The notes: generated by a model from the sequence alone, not told the origin. 64,000 nucleotides of DNA from Alphaproteobacteria bacterium (GCA_964291285.2 OZ219786.1:1-64000); one strand, 5' to 3'. Counted from the stretch's first letter, positions 28,572 to 39,044 are shown. Translations and numbers: made by a program.

Positions 28572-29163
28572 TTATCGGCTGCCGAGCGACATGACGCGGG
28601 CCTTGAGCGCTTCGTTCGTTCTGCCGTAGGCGGGCTCGATCCAGCTCGAATCCCAGAACCACAGGTAAAGGCCGCGGTCCACCTCGTGCTGGATGACCCT
28701 GGTTCCACCGTCAACGGGTTCGAGAAGCCATTGGTGGTCGAACGTGATGAAGCCGGTCACGCCGCCCTTCTGACGCAGCTTCCGTTCGGGGACGAGTTCG
28801 GCGACCGTTGCCGTCATCTTCAGGATTTCGCCCTTCGGATCGCGCACCTCGTTCAGAATTTCGTCGCCCTGTTCATAGGGGCCGCTGACGCTCACAAAGA
28901 CGGGATTCCATTCCGGGTACCTGGTCGTGTCCATCAGTACTTCCCACACGGCGGAAGGCGGAGCGGGAATGATCGCCTCCACATGGAATGTCTTCTTGCC
29001 GAGGAGGGTCAACGCAATGACGGCGACGACACCGAGTCCTGCGATCCATTTGATCGATGTCCGGATCGTCGAAATTGTCCTGGCTCCGAAATCGACCGGA
29101 CAAGCCCGGGCCGACCTATCTGACTGCCGAACCGACCGCAGCCGTTCAGCCGCCGCCGGCATG
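28572..29163 (-). CDS. SRPBCC domain protein (start codon uncertain)
   Basis: I.APP.AVWEVL.D...YPEWNP; TNEALKARV; preceded by a TM/signal segment KWIAGLGVVAVIALTLL. Confidence 0.75.
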
Positions 29164-29271
29164 TCGAATATCCGCGTCCCGGAGGCAAGCATGACGGCAA
29201 CCCCGTCCGGGCGTCAACGAGCGCCGGGGCCGGGGGTCTGCCTCAGCGGGACGGGCGGCGGAAGGCGGGTG

Positions 29272-29508
29272 TTACGGAATCAGTTTGAAGGCAGCGAGCA
29301 GCAGCGCGTTCGCAGCGATTACAATGCCGATAATGCGCCAGGTCATGCGGGCTTCCAGCGCCGCAAGGTCCGCCTTGGTCGCCAGCCCGTCGTGGCCTGC
29401 CCCGGACGCCTCAAGGTCGCCCGCCGTGATCGCTTCGGCCGCCTCGCGCGAAAGGCCGGCGTCTTCCAGCCGATGAACGGCGGTAATGGTATCGAAGGCA
29501 GCAGCCAT
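29272..29508 (-). CDS. DUF1640/CCDC90-like small coiled-coil membrane protein
   Basis: FDT......LEDAGLSREAAEAI; LATKADL; C-terminal TM. Confidence 0.8.
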   Translation of the reverse strand: MAAAFDTITAVHRLEDAGLSREAAEAITAGDLEASGAGHDGLATKADLAALEARMTWRIIGIVIAANALLLAAFKLIP

Positions 29509-29671
29509 GGACGGAATCTGGCGACTATCGCACGCTATGGCAAGCGGCAGCGGAAAGAGGGGGGCGATTGTCGGAACCGCGCCGCCGAAGCGGCGCGGCC
29601 CGACACGCCCCGCCCTGCCTCGCCGGACCCGACCTTACCGGGGCCTCCTCCGCTCCTGCGCCCGGCCGGCC

Positions 29672-31162
29672 TCACGCCGGAGCGAAGGTGCCGTGGAGGC
29701 CGAGGGGCAGTGGGTAGGGGAGAATCCCTTCCCAGACCGGGCCGTCGGCGAGGCGCTGCGCTTCGAAGACGGCAAGACCGGACGCGCGCCGGCGCAAGTC
29801 CAGGAACGGGCCGAGCAGCCAGCCTTCGCCCTCGCCGGGGCCGCGCGGCACGAAGAGGTGCTCCTCCGGTATCCGGTGCCGGGGCCAGCTCCAGCCGTCC
29901 GCCTCTCCGGGCGCAAGACGCACGACGCGCCGGAGCGGCCAGCCGATGTGCTCGTCCACGCCCGCCAGCGCGAAGGTCATATCATGGCGCCGGCCGAGGC
30001 GGCGCGGGTCGATGCGCGGGAAGTCGGCGGCGACCGCCTCGCTGTGCTCATACCCGGCGCTCCCGTCCGGGCGGAGAACGACCTGCCGATAGACCGGGTG
30101 CTGCGAGCGGAAGCGGGTCTCGCCCCGCATGACGTCGCGGAACTCGCGGGTGACGAAGGACGGGTCAGGCGCCTGGCAGAGGTCGAGCCGGATCGTGCCG
30201 TCCGCTTCCTCCCAGCCGTTGCCGTGATGGAAGTGGAAGCCCGGCGGAAGCTCGTGGCGGCGCTCGACTTCCAGGCTGTCCTTGTCCACGACCAGCACAC
30301 GCACGCCCAGCTCCGGCCGCCAGGCATGGGCGTCGAGAATGGGCATGTGGGCGGAGGCGAATTCGTCGAGGTCCAGCACGAAGGGCGTGAGCAGCACGAC
30401 CAGCCGCCGCTCCGTCACCACGAAATCGTGCGTCAGGCCGAGCGGCGCCATCGGCAGCACATTGACCTTCGCGAGCCGCCCCTGGGGGTCGATGCGGTAG
30501 AAGACCAGCATCGGGCGCGGCACCGGCAGGTAGCCGATGTTCCACACCGTGCCGTCGGCCTCGACCTTGGGATGGGCGGAGAAGGGCGCGCCGGCGATGT
30601 CCTTGCGCCACTCGACGAAGCCGCCGGCATCCAGCGTCCCGGGATCGAAGGCGAGCGCCGACCCGCCTTCCCAGAGCGCCATGTGGCGTCCGGCATGGAC
30701 GAGCACGGACGTGTTGGCGGCGTTCATGTCGTCGGGGCGCCGGGTCTCCGCCGGGTCGGGCGGCATCGAGCCGAAGGCGGGCAGCATGCGCCGCCCGGCC
30801 TCCGTCTCGCGCCGGCGCTTGGGCGTGTCCAGGATACGCGCCCGGTGGGTGACGCCGGCGCCGTCGAACCGGAACGCCTGGATCATGCCGTCACCGTCGA
30901 ACCAGTGGCCGTAACGGTGGCCGAAGCGGTCGTGCTCCGCCGGGCCGTTGCGCCAGAGGGTGCCGGCCAGTTCGGAGGGGAGGCGGCCGCGCAGGGTTTG
31001 CAGCGGCGCGGACAACCGCTCGGCCTGCGCGGTGGCGAAGGCGAGCGCCGCGTCTTCATCGGAAGCGCCGGAACCCGCCGCCCCTGCCGCCCCCGGGGCC
31101 AGCAAAAGGGGCAGGCTTCCGGCGGCGCGCAAGGTGTCCCTGCGGGTAAATTGCGTCTTCAT
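29672..31162 (-). CDS. Carotenoid oxygenase (RPE65) family protein with a Tat signal
   Basis: TRRDTL; L.G.LWRNGP; HWFDGDGM; FSAHPK; HDF; FHHGN; GLHG. Confidence 0.92.
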   Translation of the reverse strand: MKTQFTRRDTLRAAGSLPLLLAPGAAGAAGSGASDEDAALAFATAQAERLSAPLQTLRGRLPSELAGTLWRNGPAEHDRFGHRYGHWFDGDGMIQAFRFDGAGVTHRARILDTPKRRRETEAGRRMLPAFGSMPPDPAETRRPDDMNAANTSVLVHAGRHMALWEGGSALAFDPGTLDAGGFVEWRKDIAGAPFSAHPKVEADGTVWNIGYLPVPRPMLVFYRIDPQGRLAKVNVLPMAPLGLTHDFVVTERRLVVLLTPFVLDLDEFASAHMPILDAHAWRPELGVRVLVVDKDSLEVERRHELPPGFHFHHGNGWEEADGTIRLDLCQAPDPSFVTREFRDVMRGETRFRSQHPVYRQVVLRPDGSAGYEHSEAVAADFPRIDPRRLGRRHDMTFALAGVDEHIGWPLRRVVRLAPGEADGWSWPRHRIPEEHLFVPRGPGEGEGWLLGPFLDLRRRASGLAVFEAQRLADGPVWEGILPYPLPLGLHGTFAPA

Positions 31163-31165
31163 GCC

Positions 31166-31627
31166 TCAGGACCCCGGATAGCCGAGCGTGACCGTCACGG
31201 CGGGCCGCTCGTCGCCGGCCTCCACGGTGAAGGCGGCGTCGTCGAAGTCCGGCGGTCCGAACAGGCCGCGCGCATCGTTGGAGAAGCCGTAGCCCTCGGT
31301 CGGCATCCCCAGCAGGTTGGTGCTGAGGTCGCCGTTGCGGTCCTCGTCGTGGAAGGCGGCGACGGCGTAGTCGCCGGGCGGCAGGCCGGCGAACACAAGG
31401 TCGCCGGCTTCGGCCGCGGGTCGCATCGCCTTCTTCACGGCGCCTGCGGAATCGGGGAAGTCCACCCCGGCGGCGCGGCGGTGGACGGCGACGCGGATAT
31501 CGCCCTCGGCCGAGCGCACGCCCTCGATGCGGACCACGAGGTCGGCGGCGGAGGCGAAGGCCGGGGCCGCCAGCGCGAAGGCGGCGAGGCCAAGCGCTGC
31601 GAGCCTGTTTGCGGGGGATGCGTTCAT
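31166..31627 (-). CDS. DUF2141 domain protein (secreted)
   Basis: Signal peptide; G.YAVA.FHDE..NG.L.TNLLGMP.EGYGFSN. Confidence 0.9.
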   Translation of the reverse strand: MNASPANRLAALGLAAFALAAPAFASAADLVVRIEGVRSAEGDIRVAVHRRAAGVDFPDSAGAVKKAMRPAAEAGDLVFAGLPPGDYAVAAFHDEDRNGDLSTNLLGMPTEGYGFSNDARGLFGPPDFDDAAFTVEAGDERPAVTVTLGYPGS

Positions 31628-31712
31628 CGTTGCGTTCTCCGGTTTGCGGTATCGGGCGGCGGGTGCGCCGCGCCGGGGATGTTGACGGGGCGGCAGCCGG
31701 AGTCATGCTTCG

Positions 31713-32513
31713 ATGCGGGAACGGCAACGGATATTTCGCGGTTTGCAGGGAATGCAGTTCACGCATCGCGGATTGCGCCGGCAGGTCGCCGGCCATGCGG
31801 CGGCGCTGGCGGGCGCCGTCGCGCTGTTCGCCTTCATCGGCCCCTTCGGCACATACGATTCGATGGGCCCGTTGGGGCGCGCCGGCTACTGGGTGCTGGC
31901 GATGAGCGGCAACTGGAGCATCTGGGCCGGCTCGGTGCTGCTGGTGCTGCACCTGACGCACGGCTGGCCGCTCCGCAGCCGGGGCCCGGCGCTGGCGCTG
32001 GCGGCGGTGTTGGCCGCCGTGCCCGGAACCGCCGTCGTCTTCGCCGCCGAAACGCTGTTCCGGCCGGGTTATGTCGGCCTGGACCGGCTGCCGGAGGTCT
32101 ATCTGGGGGTAGCGGTGATCGGGCTGCTCATCAGCGCGGCCGTCCTTGCGGTCCGCAGCCGGCCCGTCCCGCAGGAGCAGGAAGCGCCGCCTGCCGCCGC
32201 CCCGTCCCGTTTCCTCGACCGCCTGCCGCACGGGATCGGCCGCAACCTCGTCTATCTCAGGATGGCCGACCACTATGTCGAGGCCTTCACCACCGCCGGC
32301 TCGGACCTCGTGCTGATGCGCTTCGCCGACGCGGTAGCCGAACTGGAAGGCGCGGACGGGATGCGGGTCCACCGCTCCTACTGGGTCGCGCGCGGGCATG
32401 TGACGGGCCCGGACCGCATCAACGGCCGCCCGGCGCTTTGCCTCACCGGCGGCCACAAGGTCCCCGTCAGCCGGACCTACCTTCCGGCCGTCCGGGCCGC
32501 CGGGCTGATCTGA
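31713..32513 (+). CDS. Membrane-bound LytTR-family regulator
   Basis: Four TM segments, then DHYVE..T..GS.LVLMRF.DA..EL...G.RVHRS.WVA. Confidence 0.9.
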   Translation: MRERQRIFRGLQGMQFTHRGLRRQVAGHAAALAGAVALFAFIGPFGTYDSMGPLGRAGYWVLAMSGNWSIWAGSVLLVLHLTHGWPLRSRGPALALAAVLAAVPGTAVVFAAETLFRPGYVGLDRLPEVYLGVAVIGLLISAAVLAVRSRPVPQEQEAPPAAAPSRFLDRLPHGIGRNLVYLRMADHYVEAFTTAGSDLVLMRFADAVAELEGADGMRVHRSYWVARGHVTGPDRINGRPALCLTGGHKVPVSRTYLPAVRAAGLI

Positions 32514-32519
32514 GCCCCG

Positions 32520-33380
32520 CTACCGAACGGTCGTGCGCCACATGGAGCGGCGCTGGGGCCATTCATAGTCGCGGATGGCGACGTGCTGGACGGCGGGGTT
32601 GTCCCACATCAGCACGTCGCCGACGGCCCAGCGGTGCCGGTAGATGAAGCGGTCCTCCACGATCAGGTCGGAGAGCCGGTCGATCAGCGGGAGCGCTTCC
32701 GAGTCGTCCATGCCGTCTATGCCGATGCACTCGCCCTTGCGCACATAAAGCGCCTTGCGGCCGGTCTTCGGGTGCGGCCGGGCGACCGGATGGCGGGCGT
32801 CGGGGTTCCTGTCGATCTGCGCCTGGGTCACGGCGACCGGCTTTTTCACGCCGCGCTCCTTGGCGGCGAAGCGGTGGACCGCCTGCAGGCCCTCGATGCG
32901 GCCGCGGGTCTCCCCGTCGAGCGCGTCGTAGGCCGCCGCGGCGCTTGCAAAGAGCGTGGGGCCCAGCGGCTCGCCCGCATCGTCGTGCGGCACTTCCAGG
33001 GCGTAGAGCAGGGTCCGGCGCGGCGGCTCCGCCGTGTAGGACATGTCCGTGTGCCAGTGGCTGCCGGCATCGGCATAGCCGAGCGCCCGGCCGCTCCCGT
33101 CCCGCAGGTTCGACACCTTGAGCACTTCCGGCACGCCTTCGAGCGCATGCTGGTCGAAGGCGTTGACCTTGATCTCCCCGAGGCGGCGGGAGAAGGCCAG
33201 CAGCTCGTGCGGCGTCAGCGACTGGCCCCGGAAACAGAGCACGCTGTAGCGGTCGAACGCCGCCTCGCACGCCTCGAACACCTCATCGGGCAGAGGCGCC
33301 GACAGGTCCACGCCGAACACGTCCGCCCCGACCGGCGCGCCGCTCGGGCGGATTTCGAAAGCTGGGTTGTCGGCGGTCAT
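32520..33380 (-). CDS. TauD/TfdA-family dioxygenase
   Basis: WHTDMSY; HPVARPHP.TGRKALY; WDN...QH. Confidence 0.93.
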   Translation of the reverse strand: MTADNPAFEIRPSGAPVGADVFGVDLSAPLPDEVFEACEAAFDRYSVLCFRGQSLTPHELLAFSRRLGEIKVNAFDQHALEGVPEVLKVSNLRDGSGRALGYADAGSHWHTDMSYTAEPPRRTLLYALEVPHDDAGEPLGPTLFASAAAAYDALDGETRGRIEGLQAVHRFAAKERGVKKPVAVTQAQIDRNPDARHPVARPHPKTGRKALYVRKGECIGIDGMDDSEALPLIDRLSDLIVEDRFIYRHRWAVGDVLMWDNPAVQHVAIRDYEWPQRRSMWRTTVR

Positions 33381-33406
33381 CGCAAGCCTCCCGGGACGGT
33401 CCGCCG

Positions 33407-34375
33407 CTATTCTCCCTGCAATCGCTCCGCCTGCAAACTCCTCGCTTCCATGCGCCGGATCAGTTCGGCGGCGACGCGCGGCACCTCGTTCACGGGCTCG
33501 TAGCGCCATTCCGCCAGCCGGCCCTCGAACGGGCGAAGGACGCCTTCCTCACGCAACGCCGCATGGAAGCGCGCCAGCCGCCGGTTGCCGCCCGCCATGC
33601 GCGCCGCATAGACGGGCCTCCCGGTCGATACCGCCTCGCTGGTCATGGAGACCGAATCTTCCGTGACCACGATATGCCGGGCGAGCGCCAGCATGCCGGG
33701 ATAGGGGTTGCAGCCGGTCCCGTCCCAGAACCACGCTTCCGGCAGGCGGGCCCTGAGCGCGGCGGTGACGCCCGGCTCGGTCCGGCGGGAGGCGGTGACG
33801 GCCATCGGCCCCTCGAGCCCCGCAAGGCCGTCCGCCAGCGCCTTTACGGTTTCCGGCGTGAAGCGGTGGGACCGGCTTCGGCCGCCGAGCAGCACGGCGA
33901 CATTCAACTCGCCGAGCCTCTCCCGCCATGCCTCCCCGGCGGCGGCGAGCGCCTCCGGCGTCAGGCGGTGGAGTGCGACCCGAGTCGCCAGCACATTGGG
34001 GCCGGAGACGCCGTCATGGCGCGGCGGCACCACAAGGTCGAAATGGTGGAGGGGGACGCGCGGATTCTGGATATGAACGGTAAAGCACCGCCCTCCCGAG
34101 GCGCGGCGGACAGCCACGGAGACCGCCGCGCTGCGCCGGCCGCAGGTAATCAGCAGTTCCGGCCAGGGCGGGCCGAGCCGCTCCGCCAGTCCGGTTTGCA
34201 GGAGGCCCGGCGCCTGCCGGTGCGCCGGCAACCACGACCAGGGGCGGCGCAGACGGACGGTCCTGACCTCGTAGCGACGCCCGACAGCCGCCGCCAGCCC
34301 CTCGGCCTGCCCGGCGGCGCCGGCCTCGCCCGTCGTCAACGCCCAGACGGGGGCGGTCGAAGCGGCTTCCGCCAC
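33407..34375 (-). CDS. Mitochondrial fission ELM1 family protein
   Basis: Q..GLA.A; WP.LLI.CGR; HIQNPR; FDLVV.P.HD; NPY.G.LA.A; VTEDSVSM.SEA. Confidence 0.9.
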   Translation of the reverse strand: MAEAASTAPVWALTTGEAGAAGQAEGLAAAVGRRYEVRTVRLRRPWSWLPAHRQAPGLLQTGLAERLGPPWPELLITCGRRSAAVSVAVRRASGGRCFTVHIQNPRVPLHHFDLVVPPRHDGVSGPNVLATRVALHRLTPEALAAAGEAWRERLGELNVAVLLGGRSRSHRFTPETVKALADGLAGLEGPMAVTASRRTEPGVTAALRARLPEAWFWDGTGCNPYPGMLALARHIVVTEDSVSMTSEAVSTGRPVYAARMAGGNRRLARFHAALREEGVLRPFEGRLAEWRYEPVNEVPRVAAELIRRMEARSLQAERLQGE

Positions 34376-34402
34376 CGGCCGCCTCCCGTTTCGCCGCCGG
34401 CG

Positions 34403-34762
34403 TCAGCGCGCCGCCGTCACCATGATCTCGACGAGGATCTCCGGGCGCGCCAGGTCCGCCTTCACGCAGGCGCGCGCCGGCGGGTTCTCGGGATCGACCC
34501 AACCGTTCCAGACCTTGTTCATGGCCGCGAAATTGGCCATGTCGGTGATCCAGAGATTGGCCGCCAGCAGGCTGGATTTGGAGGTGCCCGCGCGCTCCAG
34601 ATAGCCGTCGATCTGCTCGAGGATGTCCGCCGTCTGCGCTTCCACGTCGCCGCTCGTGTCGCGTGCCACGAGGCCGGCCAGATACACCGTGTCGCCCCGG
34701 ACCACGGCACGGCTCATCATCGGGCCCGGCGGGCTGGTGCGGTCGAATCGTTCGATGCTCAT
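34403..34762 (-). CDS. RidA family protein
   Basis: VYLAG.VA; FAAMNKVW..W; PPARACV.A.L; LVEI. Confidence 0.93.
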   Translation of the reverse strand: MSIERFDRTSPPGPMMSRAVVRGDTVYLAGLVARDTSGDVEAQTADILEQIDGYLERAGTSKSSLLAANLWITDMANFAAMNKVWNGWVDPENPPARACVKADLARPEILVEIMVTAAR

Positions 34763-34817
34763 AGGGTCTTTCTCCCGTGTTGCGTTGTGAGTAGCGATGG
34801 GGTGGCGGAGCTTTCGA

Positions 34818-35579
34818 CTATCGGCGCCGCCATGTAAAGTCCAACGCCCCGCCGCGCCGCAATATCTGTTCTATTTCAGGCAGGTAGCTGCCATTGCTGA
34901 CATGCAGGACGAATCCGGGAAGCAGCGAAACCGGCGCCCGGATATCCTTGCGTCCGCGCAGTATGACGCGGTGGGCCGGGCGGCCGTCATTCTTCGACCA
35001 GAGAGGAACGACCGCCGTCTCCCCGATTCCCGAGGCGGTATAGGCGGCAAGGTGTTCGTCCAGGCGTTCGGCGGTCAGGATCGTCGTCAGCGTTCCGCCC
35101 CGCCGCAGCATGGTGGCGGCGAAGCGCACCCAGTGCATGAGGTCGGCGCCTTGCTCGACATGGGCCCGTGCGCGCTGCCGGTTCCGCGGCGGCGGACCGG
35201 CTGTCTGCGAGAGCCAGGGCGGGTTCGCCATCGCATGGTCGAAGCTCGCGGGACCGAGCCGGGCCGGCGGGGCGCGCAGGTCGCCGACGATGACATCGAC
35301 GTTGCGCTCGAAGCCGTTCGCCTCGACATTCTTCCGGCAGAGCCCGGCGAGGTCCCGATCGTGTTCGAGTCCGGTGACGAAGCATCCTTCGACGCGGCTT
35401 GCCAGGCACAGGGCCGCCGCACCGGTGCCCGCGCCGATTTCCAGGACGTGCTCTCCCGGCCGGGCAGGCACCGCCGCGGCCAGCAGGACGGGGTCTATCG
35501 CGACCCGGTAGCCCTCGGCGGGCTGCCGCAGCCGGACCCTGCCGTCCAGCAGGGTGTCTTCGCTGACAGCTTCGTTCAC
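34818..35579 (-). CDS. tRNA1(Val) adenine-N6 methyltransferase-like protein
   Basis: LRQP..GYR..IDPVLLAA; LEIGAGTG; NPPW. Confidence 0.85.
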   Translation of the reverse strand: MNEAVSEDTLLDGRVRLRQPAEGYRVAIDPVLLAAAVPARPGEHVLEIGAGTGAAALCLASRVEGCFVTGLEHDRDLAGLCRKNVEANGFERNVDVIVGDLRAPPARLGPASFDHAMANPPWLSQTAGPPPRNRQRARAHVEQGADLMHWVRFAATMLRRGGTLTTILTAERLDEHLAAYTASGIGETAVVPLWSKNDGRPAHRVILRGRKDIRAPVSLLPGFVLHVSNGSYLPEIEQILRRGGALDFTWRRR

Positions 35580-35794
35580 AGTCCGCCGAGATCCTGCTGC
35601 GCGGATTCCAGAAGGCGGCGCGCTTCGGGATAGTCCTCGTCGGCCACCATCACGCGCCGGGGAAGGATGCCGATGCTGCCCTCGACTATGCTGGTGTGGC
35701 TGTCGAGCACAACGGCTTCCACGCCGCGCGCCGAGAGTTCGGCTACCAGCCAGGAAATCGCAACCGGATCAGTAGTTTTCAGCACAGCTTTCAA
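35576..35794 (-). CDS. DUF2007 domain protein
   Basis: L.TTDPV.IS...A.L...G....VLD.H.S..EGSIGILPRRVMV; TTG start. Confidence 0.85.
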   Translation of the reverse strand: MKAVLKTTDPVAISWLVAELSARGVEAVVLDSHTSIVEGSIGILPRRVMVADEDYPEARRLLESAQQDLGGL

Positions 35795-35874
35795 TCTGCG
35801 GTTCCCAAAGCTTGACCGGCCTTCCGCCCGCCCTATGCTCGCCTCTCCCACGCCCGAAGGTCAATCGTGCCCCC

Positions 35875-36882
35875 GTGACACTAGCGGCGACATCCCCGCC
35901 ACCGGCGCAGCCGCTGGCCGCGCTGCATGCGCTCGTCGGGGCGGACATGGCGCGCGTCAATGCGCTGATCCTCGAGCGGATGCAGAACGAGGTCGCGCTG
36001 ATCCCGCAATTGGCCGGCCATATCGTCGCATCGGGCGGCAAGCGTCTGCGCCCGATGCTCACATTGGCGTCGGCGCGGCTCTGCGGCTATGAGGGACGGC
36101 GCCATATCGAGCTCGCGGCCTGCGTCGAGTTCATCCATACGGCCACGCTGCTGCATGACGACGTGGTGGATGGAAGCATGTTGCGGCGCGGCGCGGAGAC
36201 CGCCAATGCCGTCTGGGGAAACCAGGCGAGCGTGCTGGTCGGGGATTTCCTGTTCAGCCGGTCCTTCCAGCTCATGGTCGATGCCGGCTCGTTGGAGGTG
36301 CTGGGAATCCTCGCCAATGCGTCCGCGACGATCGCGGAGGGCGAGGTGCGCCAGCTCGCCACCGTCAGCCGGCCGGAAACGGGGATTGCCGACTACCTGA
36401 AGGTCGTCGAAGGCAAGACCGCCGCGCTTTTCGCCGCGGCGTGCCGCATCGGCGCCGTCATCGCGGACCGGCCGCGCGCGGAGGCCGAGGCGCTGGAAGC
36501 CTACGGCCTGAATCTCGGCATCGCCTTCCAGCTTGTCGATGACGTGCTCGACTATTCCGCCCTGCAGGCCGATCTGGGCAAGACCGTGGGCGACGACTTC
36601 GCCGAGGGCAAGGTCACCCTGCCGGTCATTCTCGCCTACGGCCGGGGCAATGAGGAGGAGCAGGCTTTCTGGCACCAGGTCCTCTGCGAGGACGGGCGGC
36701 GGGTCGAGGATTTCGGCAGGGCCGTCGCCCTCATGCGGCGCCACGATTCCCTGTCGGAGACGCTGGACCGGGCCCGATCCAGCGCCGAGGACGCCAAGCG
36801 GGCGCTGGAGCCTTTTCCGGACGGGCCGGTGCGTGCGGTGCTGGCCGATATCGCCGATTTCTGCGTCGAGCGCGTCTATTAG
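35875..36882 (+). CDS. ispB: Polyprenyl (octa/decaprenyl) diphosphate synthase
   Basis: GGKRLRP; LLHDDVVD..RRG; FQLVDDVLD; start approximate. Confidence 0.92.
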   Translation: MTLAATSPPPAQPLAALHALVGADMARVNALILERMQNEVALIPQLAGHIVASGGKRLRPMLTLASARLCGYEGRRHIELAACVEFIHTATLLHDDVVDGSMLRRGAETANAVWGNQASVLVGDFLFSRSFQLMVDAGSLEVLGILANASATIAEGEVRQLATVSRPETGIADYLKVVEGKTAALFAAACRIGAVIADRPRAEAEALEAYGLNLGIAFQLVDDVLDYSALQADLGKTVGDDFAEGKVTLPVILAYGRGNEEEQAFWHQVLCEDGRRVEDFGRAVALMRRHDSLSETLDRARSSAEDAKRALEPFPDGPVRAVLADIADFCVERVY

Positions 36883-36887
36883 GCGTT

Positions 36888-37538
36888 TCAGGCGTCCGTC
36901 TCCGCGAGGCGCCTGTCCAGATAGCTCTCGACCGCGCCGTTCAGCTGTTCGAGATGGCGCGTGAAGAGGTGGTTGGCGCCGGGGATGACCTTGTGGTCGA
37001 TGACGATACCGCGCTGGGTGCGCAGCTTCTCGACCAGCTTCTCGACCGAGTCGGTCGTCACGACCTCGTCCTTCGTCCCGTTGACGATCAGGCCGGAGGA
37101 CGGGCAGGGCGCCAGGAAAGAGAAGTCGTACATGTTCGCCGGCGGGGCGACGGAGATGAAGCCGGAAATCTCCGGCCGGCGCATCAGCAGCTGCATGCCG
37201 ATCCAGGCGCCGAAGGAAAAGCCCGCGATCCAGACCTTGACGGGGTCCTTCCTGAGGCTTTGCATGTGGTCGAGAATGGCCGCCGCGTCGGCGAGTTCGC
37301 CTTCTCCGCGCCCGTATTCGCCCTGCGAGCGCCCGACGCCGCGGAAGTTGAAGCGCATGACCGAGAACCCGCGCCGGACGAAGCAATGGAAGAGGTTGTA
37401 AACCACCTTGTTGTGCATCGTGCCGCCATGCTGCGGATGCGGGTGGAGCATCAGCGCGATCGGGGCCGCCGGATCGTCGACATGGTGATAGCGCGCTTCA
37501 AGCCGGCCTTCGGGACCGTTCACGATAACGTCGGGCAT
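36888..37538 (-). CDS. Alpha/beta hydrolase (conserved neighbour of iscS)
   Basis: GPEGRLE; HPHPQHGGTM; RFNFRGVG.S.G; GFSFG. Confidence 0.92.
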   Translation of the reverse strand: MPDVIVNGPEGRLEARYHHVDDPAAPIALMLHPHPQHGGTMHNKVVYNLFHCFVRRGFSVMRFNFRGVGRSQGEYGRGEGELADAAAILDHMQSLRKDPVKVWIAGFSFGAWIGMQLLMRRPEISGFISVAPPANMYDFSFLAPCPSSGLIVNGTKDEVVTTDSVEKLVEKLRTQRGIVIDHKVIPGANHLFTRHLEQLNGAVESYLDRRLAETDA

Positions 37539-37656
37539 GGGCGTGGAATCCCGTTCCTTCGGTCCGGGCGGCAGGCCTGCCGCCAGCGGGGCTTTCCTTT
37601 GCGGACGAGCGCGATCTAACTGGGTCGGCGGGTTCGGGCCGTCAAGAGGCCGCATC

Positions 37657-38691
37657 ATGGCAAAACGCCGCATTTACATGGACTGGAACGCCACGGCGCC
37701 GCTGGCCCCGGCCGCGCGGGACGCCATGGCCGCTGCAATGGCCGTACTCGGCAACCCCTCCTCGGTGCATGGCGAGGGGCGTGCCGCCCGACGGCTTGTC
37801 GAGGAGGCGCGGACGCGGATTGCGGCCTTCGCCGGCGCGGCGCCGGAGCAGGTCGTCTTCACCTCCGGCGGCACCGAGGCGAATGCGCTCGCGCTGGCGG
37901 GGCGCGAGTGGCTGGCGGGGGCGAGCGAGCATGCGTCCGTGCTCGACCATGCGGCCGGTCCACGCCTGGCCGTGGACGGCGACGGACGCATTCGCCCCGA
38001 CTCGATCCCGCCAGGCAGGGCCGTCGCCCTGATGGCCGCCAACAACGAAACCGGGGCCATTCACCCTCTTGAGGAAGTCGGGCGGCGGGTGCGCGAGACC
38101 GGCGGGCTCTGGCATTGCGACGCCGTGCAGGCGGCCGGGCGGCTCGACCTGGCCGCCATCGACGCCGATTCGCTGGCGCTCTCGGCGCACAAGCTCGGCG
38201 GACCGATGGGCATCGGCGCTCTGGTGATGCGCACGGAACGCGCGCTTGACGGCGCAATCCGCGGCGCACAGGAGCGCCGGCGGCGGGGCGGCACGGAAAA
38301 TGTCGTCGGTATTGCCGGCTTCGGCGCGGTCGCCCGCCCGCTCCCCGACATGGCGGTGCTCAGCGACCGGCTGGAGGCGCAGCTTGAAGGCGCGGTGATC
38401 TACGGAAACGGCGGGCCGCGGCTCGGCAACACAAGCTGCATCGGCATGCCCGGCGTCCCGGGCGAGACCCAGGTGATGGCCTTCGACCTTGAGGGATTCG
38501 CGGTGAGCGCGGGGGCTGCCTGCTCCTCCGGGAAGGTGGATGCGTCGCATGTGCTGCTGGCGATGGGAGTGGATGAAACGGCGGCGGGCGAGGCTATCCG
38601 GATCAGCCTTGGACCAGGCCTCGTGGAAGCGGATATCGACGCCTTTGCGGAGGCCTGGAATCGCCTTGCGGCACGATTGCGAAGGCGGTAG
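37657..38691 (+). CDS. iscS: Cysteine desulfurase (IscS/NifS family)
   Basis: YMDWNATAP; GNPSS.H; FTSGGTE; SAHKLGGP; SAGAACSSG. Confidence 0.9.
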   Translation: MAKRRIYMDWNATAPLAPAARDAMAAAMAVLGNPSSVHGEGRAARRLVEEARTRIAAFAGAAPEQVVFTSGGTEANALALAGREWLAGASEHASVLDHAAGPRLAVDGDGRIRPDSIPPGRAVALMAANNETGAIHPLEEVGRRVRETGGLWHCDAVQAAGRLDLAAIDADSLALSAHKLGGPMGIGALVMRTERALDGAIRGAQERRRRGGTENVVGIAGFGAVARPLPDMAVLSDRLEAQLEGAVIYGNGGPRLGNTSCIGMPGVPGETQVMAFDLEGFAVSAGAACSSGKVDASHVLLAMGVDETAAGEAIRISLGPGLVEADIDAFAEAWNRLAARLRRR

Positions 38692-38717
38692 AAGGCGCGG
38701 CTCACAGGATGGGTGTC

Positions 38718-39044
38718 ATGCCGAAGATCACCTTTGTCAGCCCGGATGGAAGCGAGCAGACGGTCGAGCCGCCGGCGGGCATGACGATTCTGGAAATCTC
38801 GCGCAAATACGACATCGACATCGAGGGCGCCTGCGAGGGTTCGCTGGCCTGCTCGACCTGCCACGTCATCGTCGATGAGGACTGGTACGAGAGGCTGGAG
38901 GAACCGGATGAGGACGAAGAGGACATGCTCGACCTCGCTTTCGGCCTGACGCCGACCTCCCGGCTCGGCTGCCAGATCGCGGTGACGGACGAGCTTGACG
39001 GAATCCGCGTCACGCTGCCCGAAGAAACCCGGTCGCTGCTCTGA
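38718..39044 (+). CDS. fdx: 2Fe-2S ferredoxin (adrenodoxin type)
   Basis: [14 protein letters not shown]; EEDMLDLA; SRLGCQ. Confidence 0.95.
   Translation: MPKITFVSPDGSEQTVEPPAGMTILEISRKYDIDIEGACEGSLACSTCHVIVDEDWYERLEEPDEDEEDMLDLAFGLTPTSRLGCQIAVTDELDGIRVTLPEETRSLL

Noticed and set aside
28572-29192. SRPBCC gene as a pseudogene (no ATG right before the signal-like segment)
   Set aside because: The frame is intact and an upstream ATG or alternative start is possible, so evidence is insufficient.
29486-32647. 1053-aa plus-strand ORF
   Set aside because: Shadow of the carotenoid oxygenase and DUF2141 genes, and out of frame with the LytTR gene.
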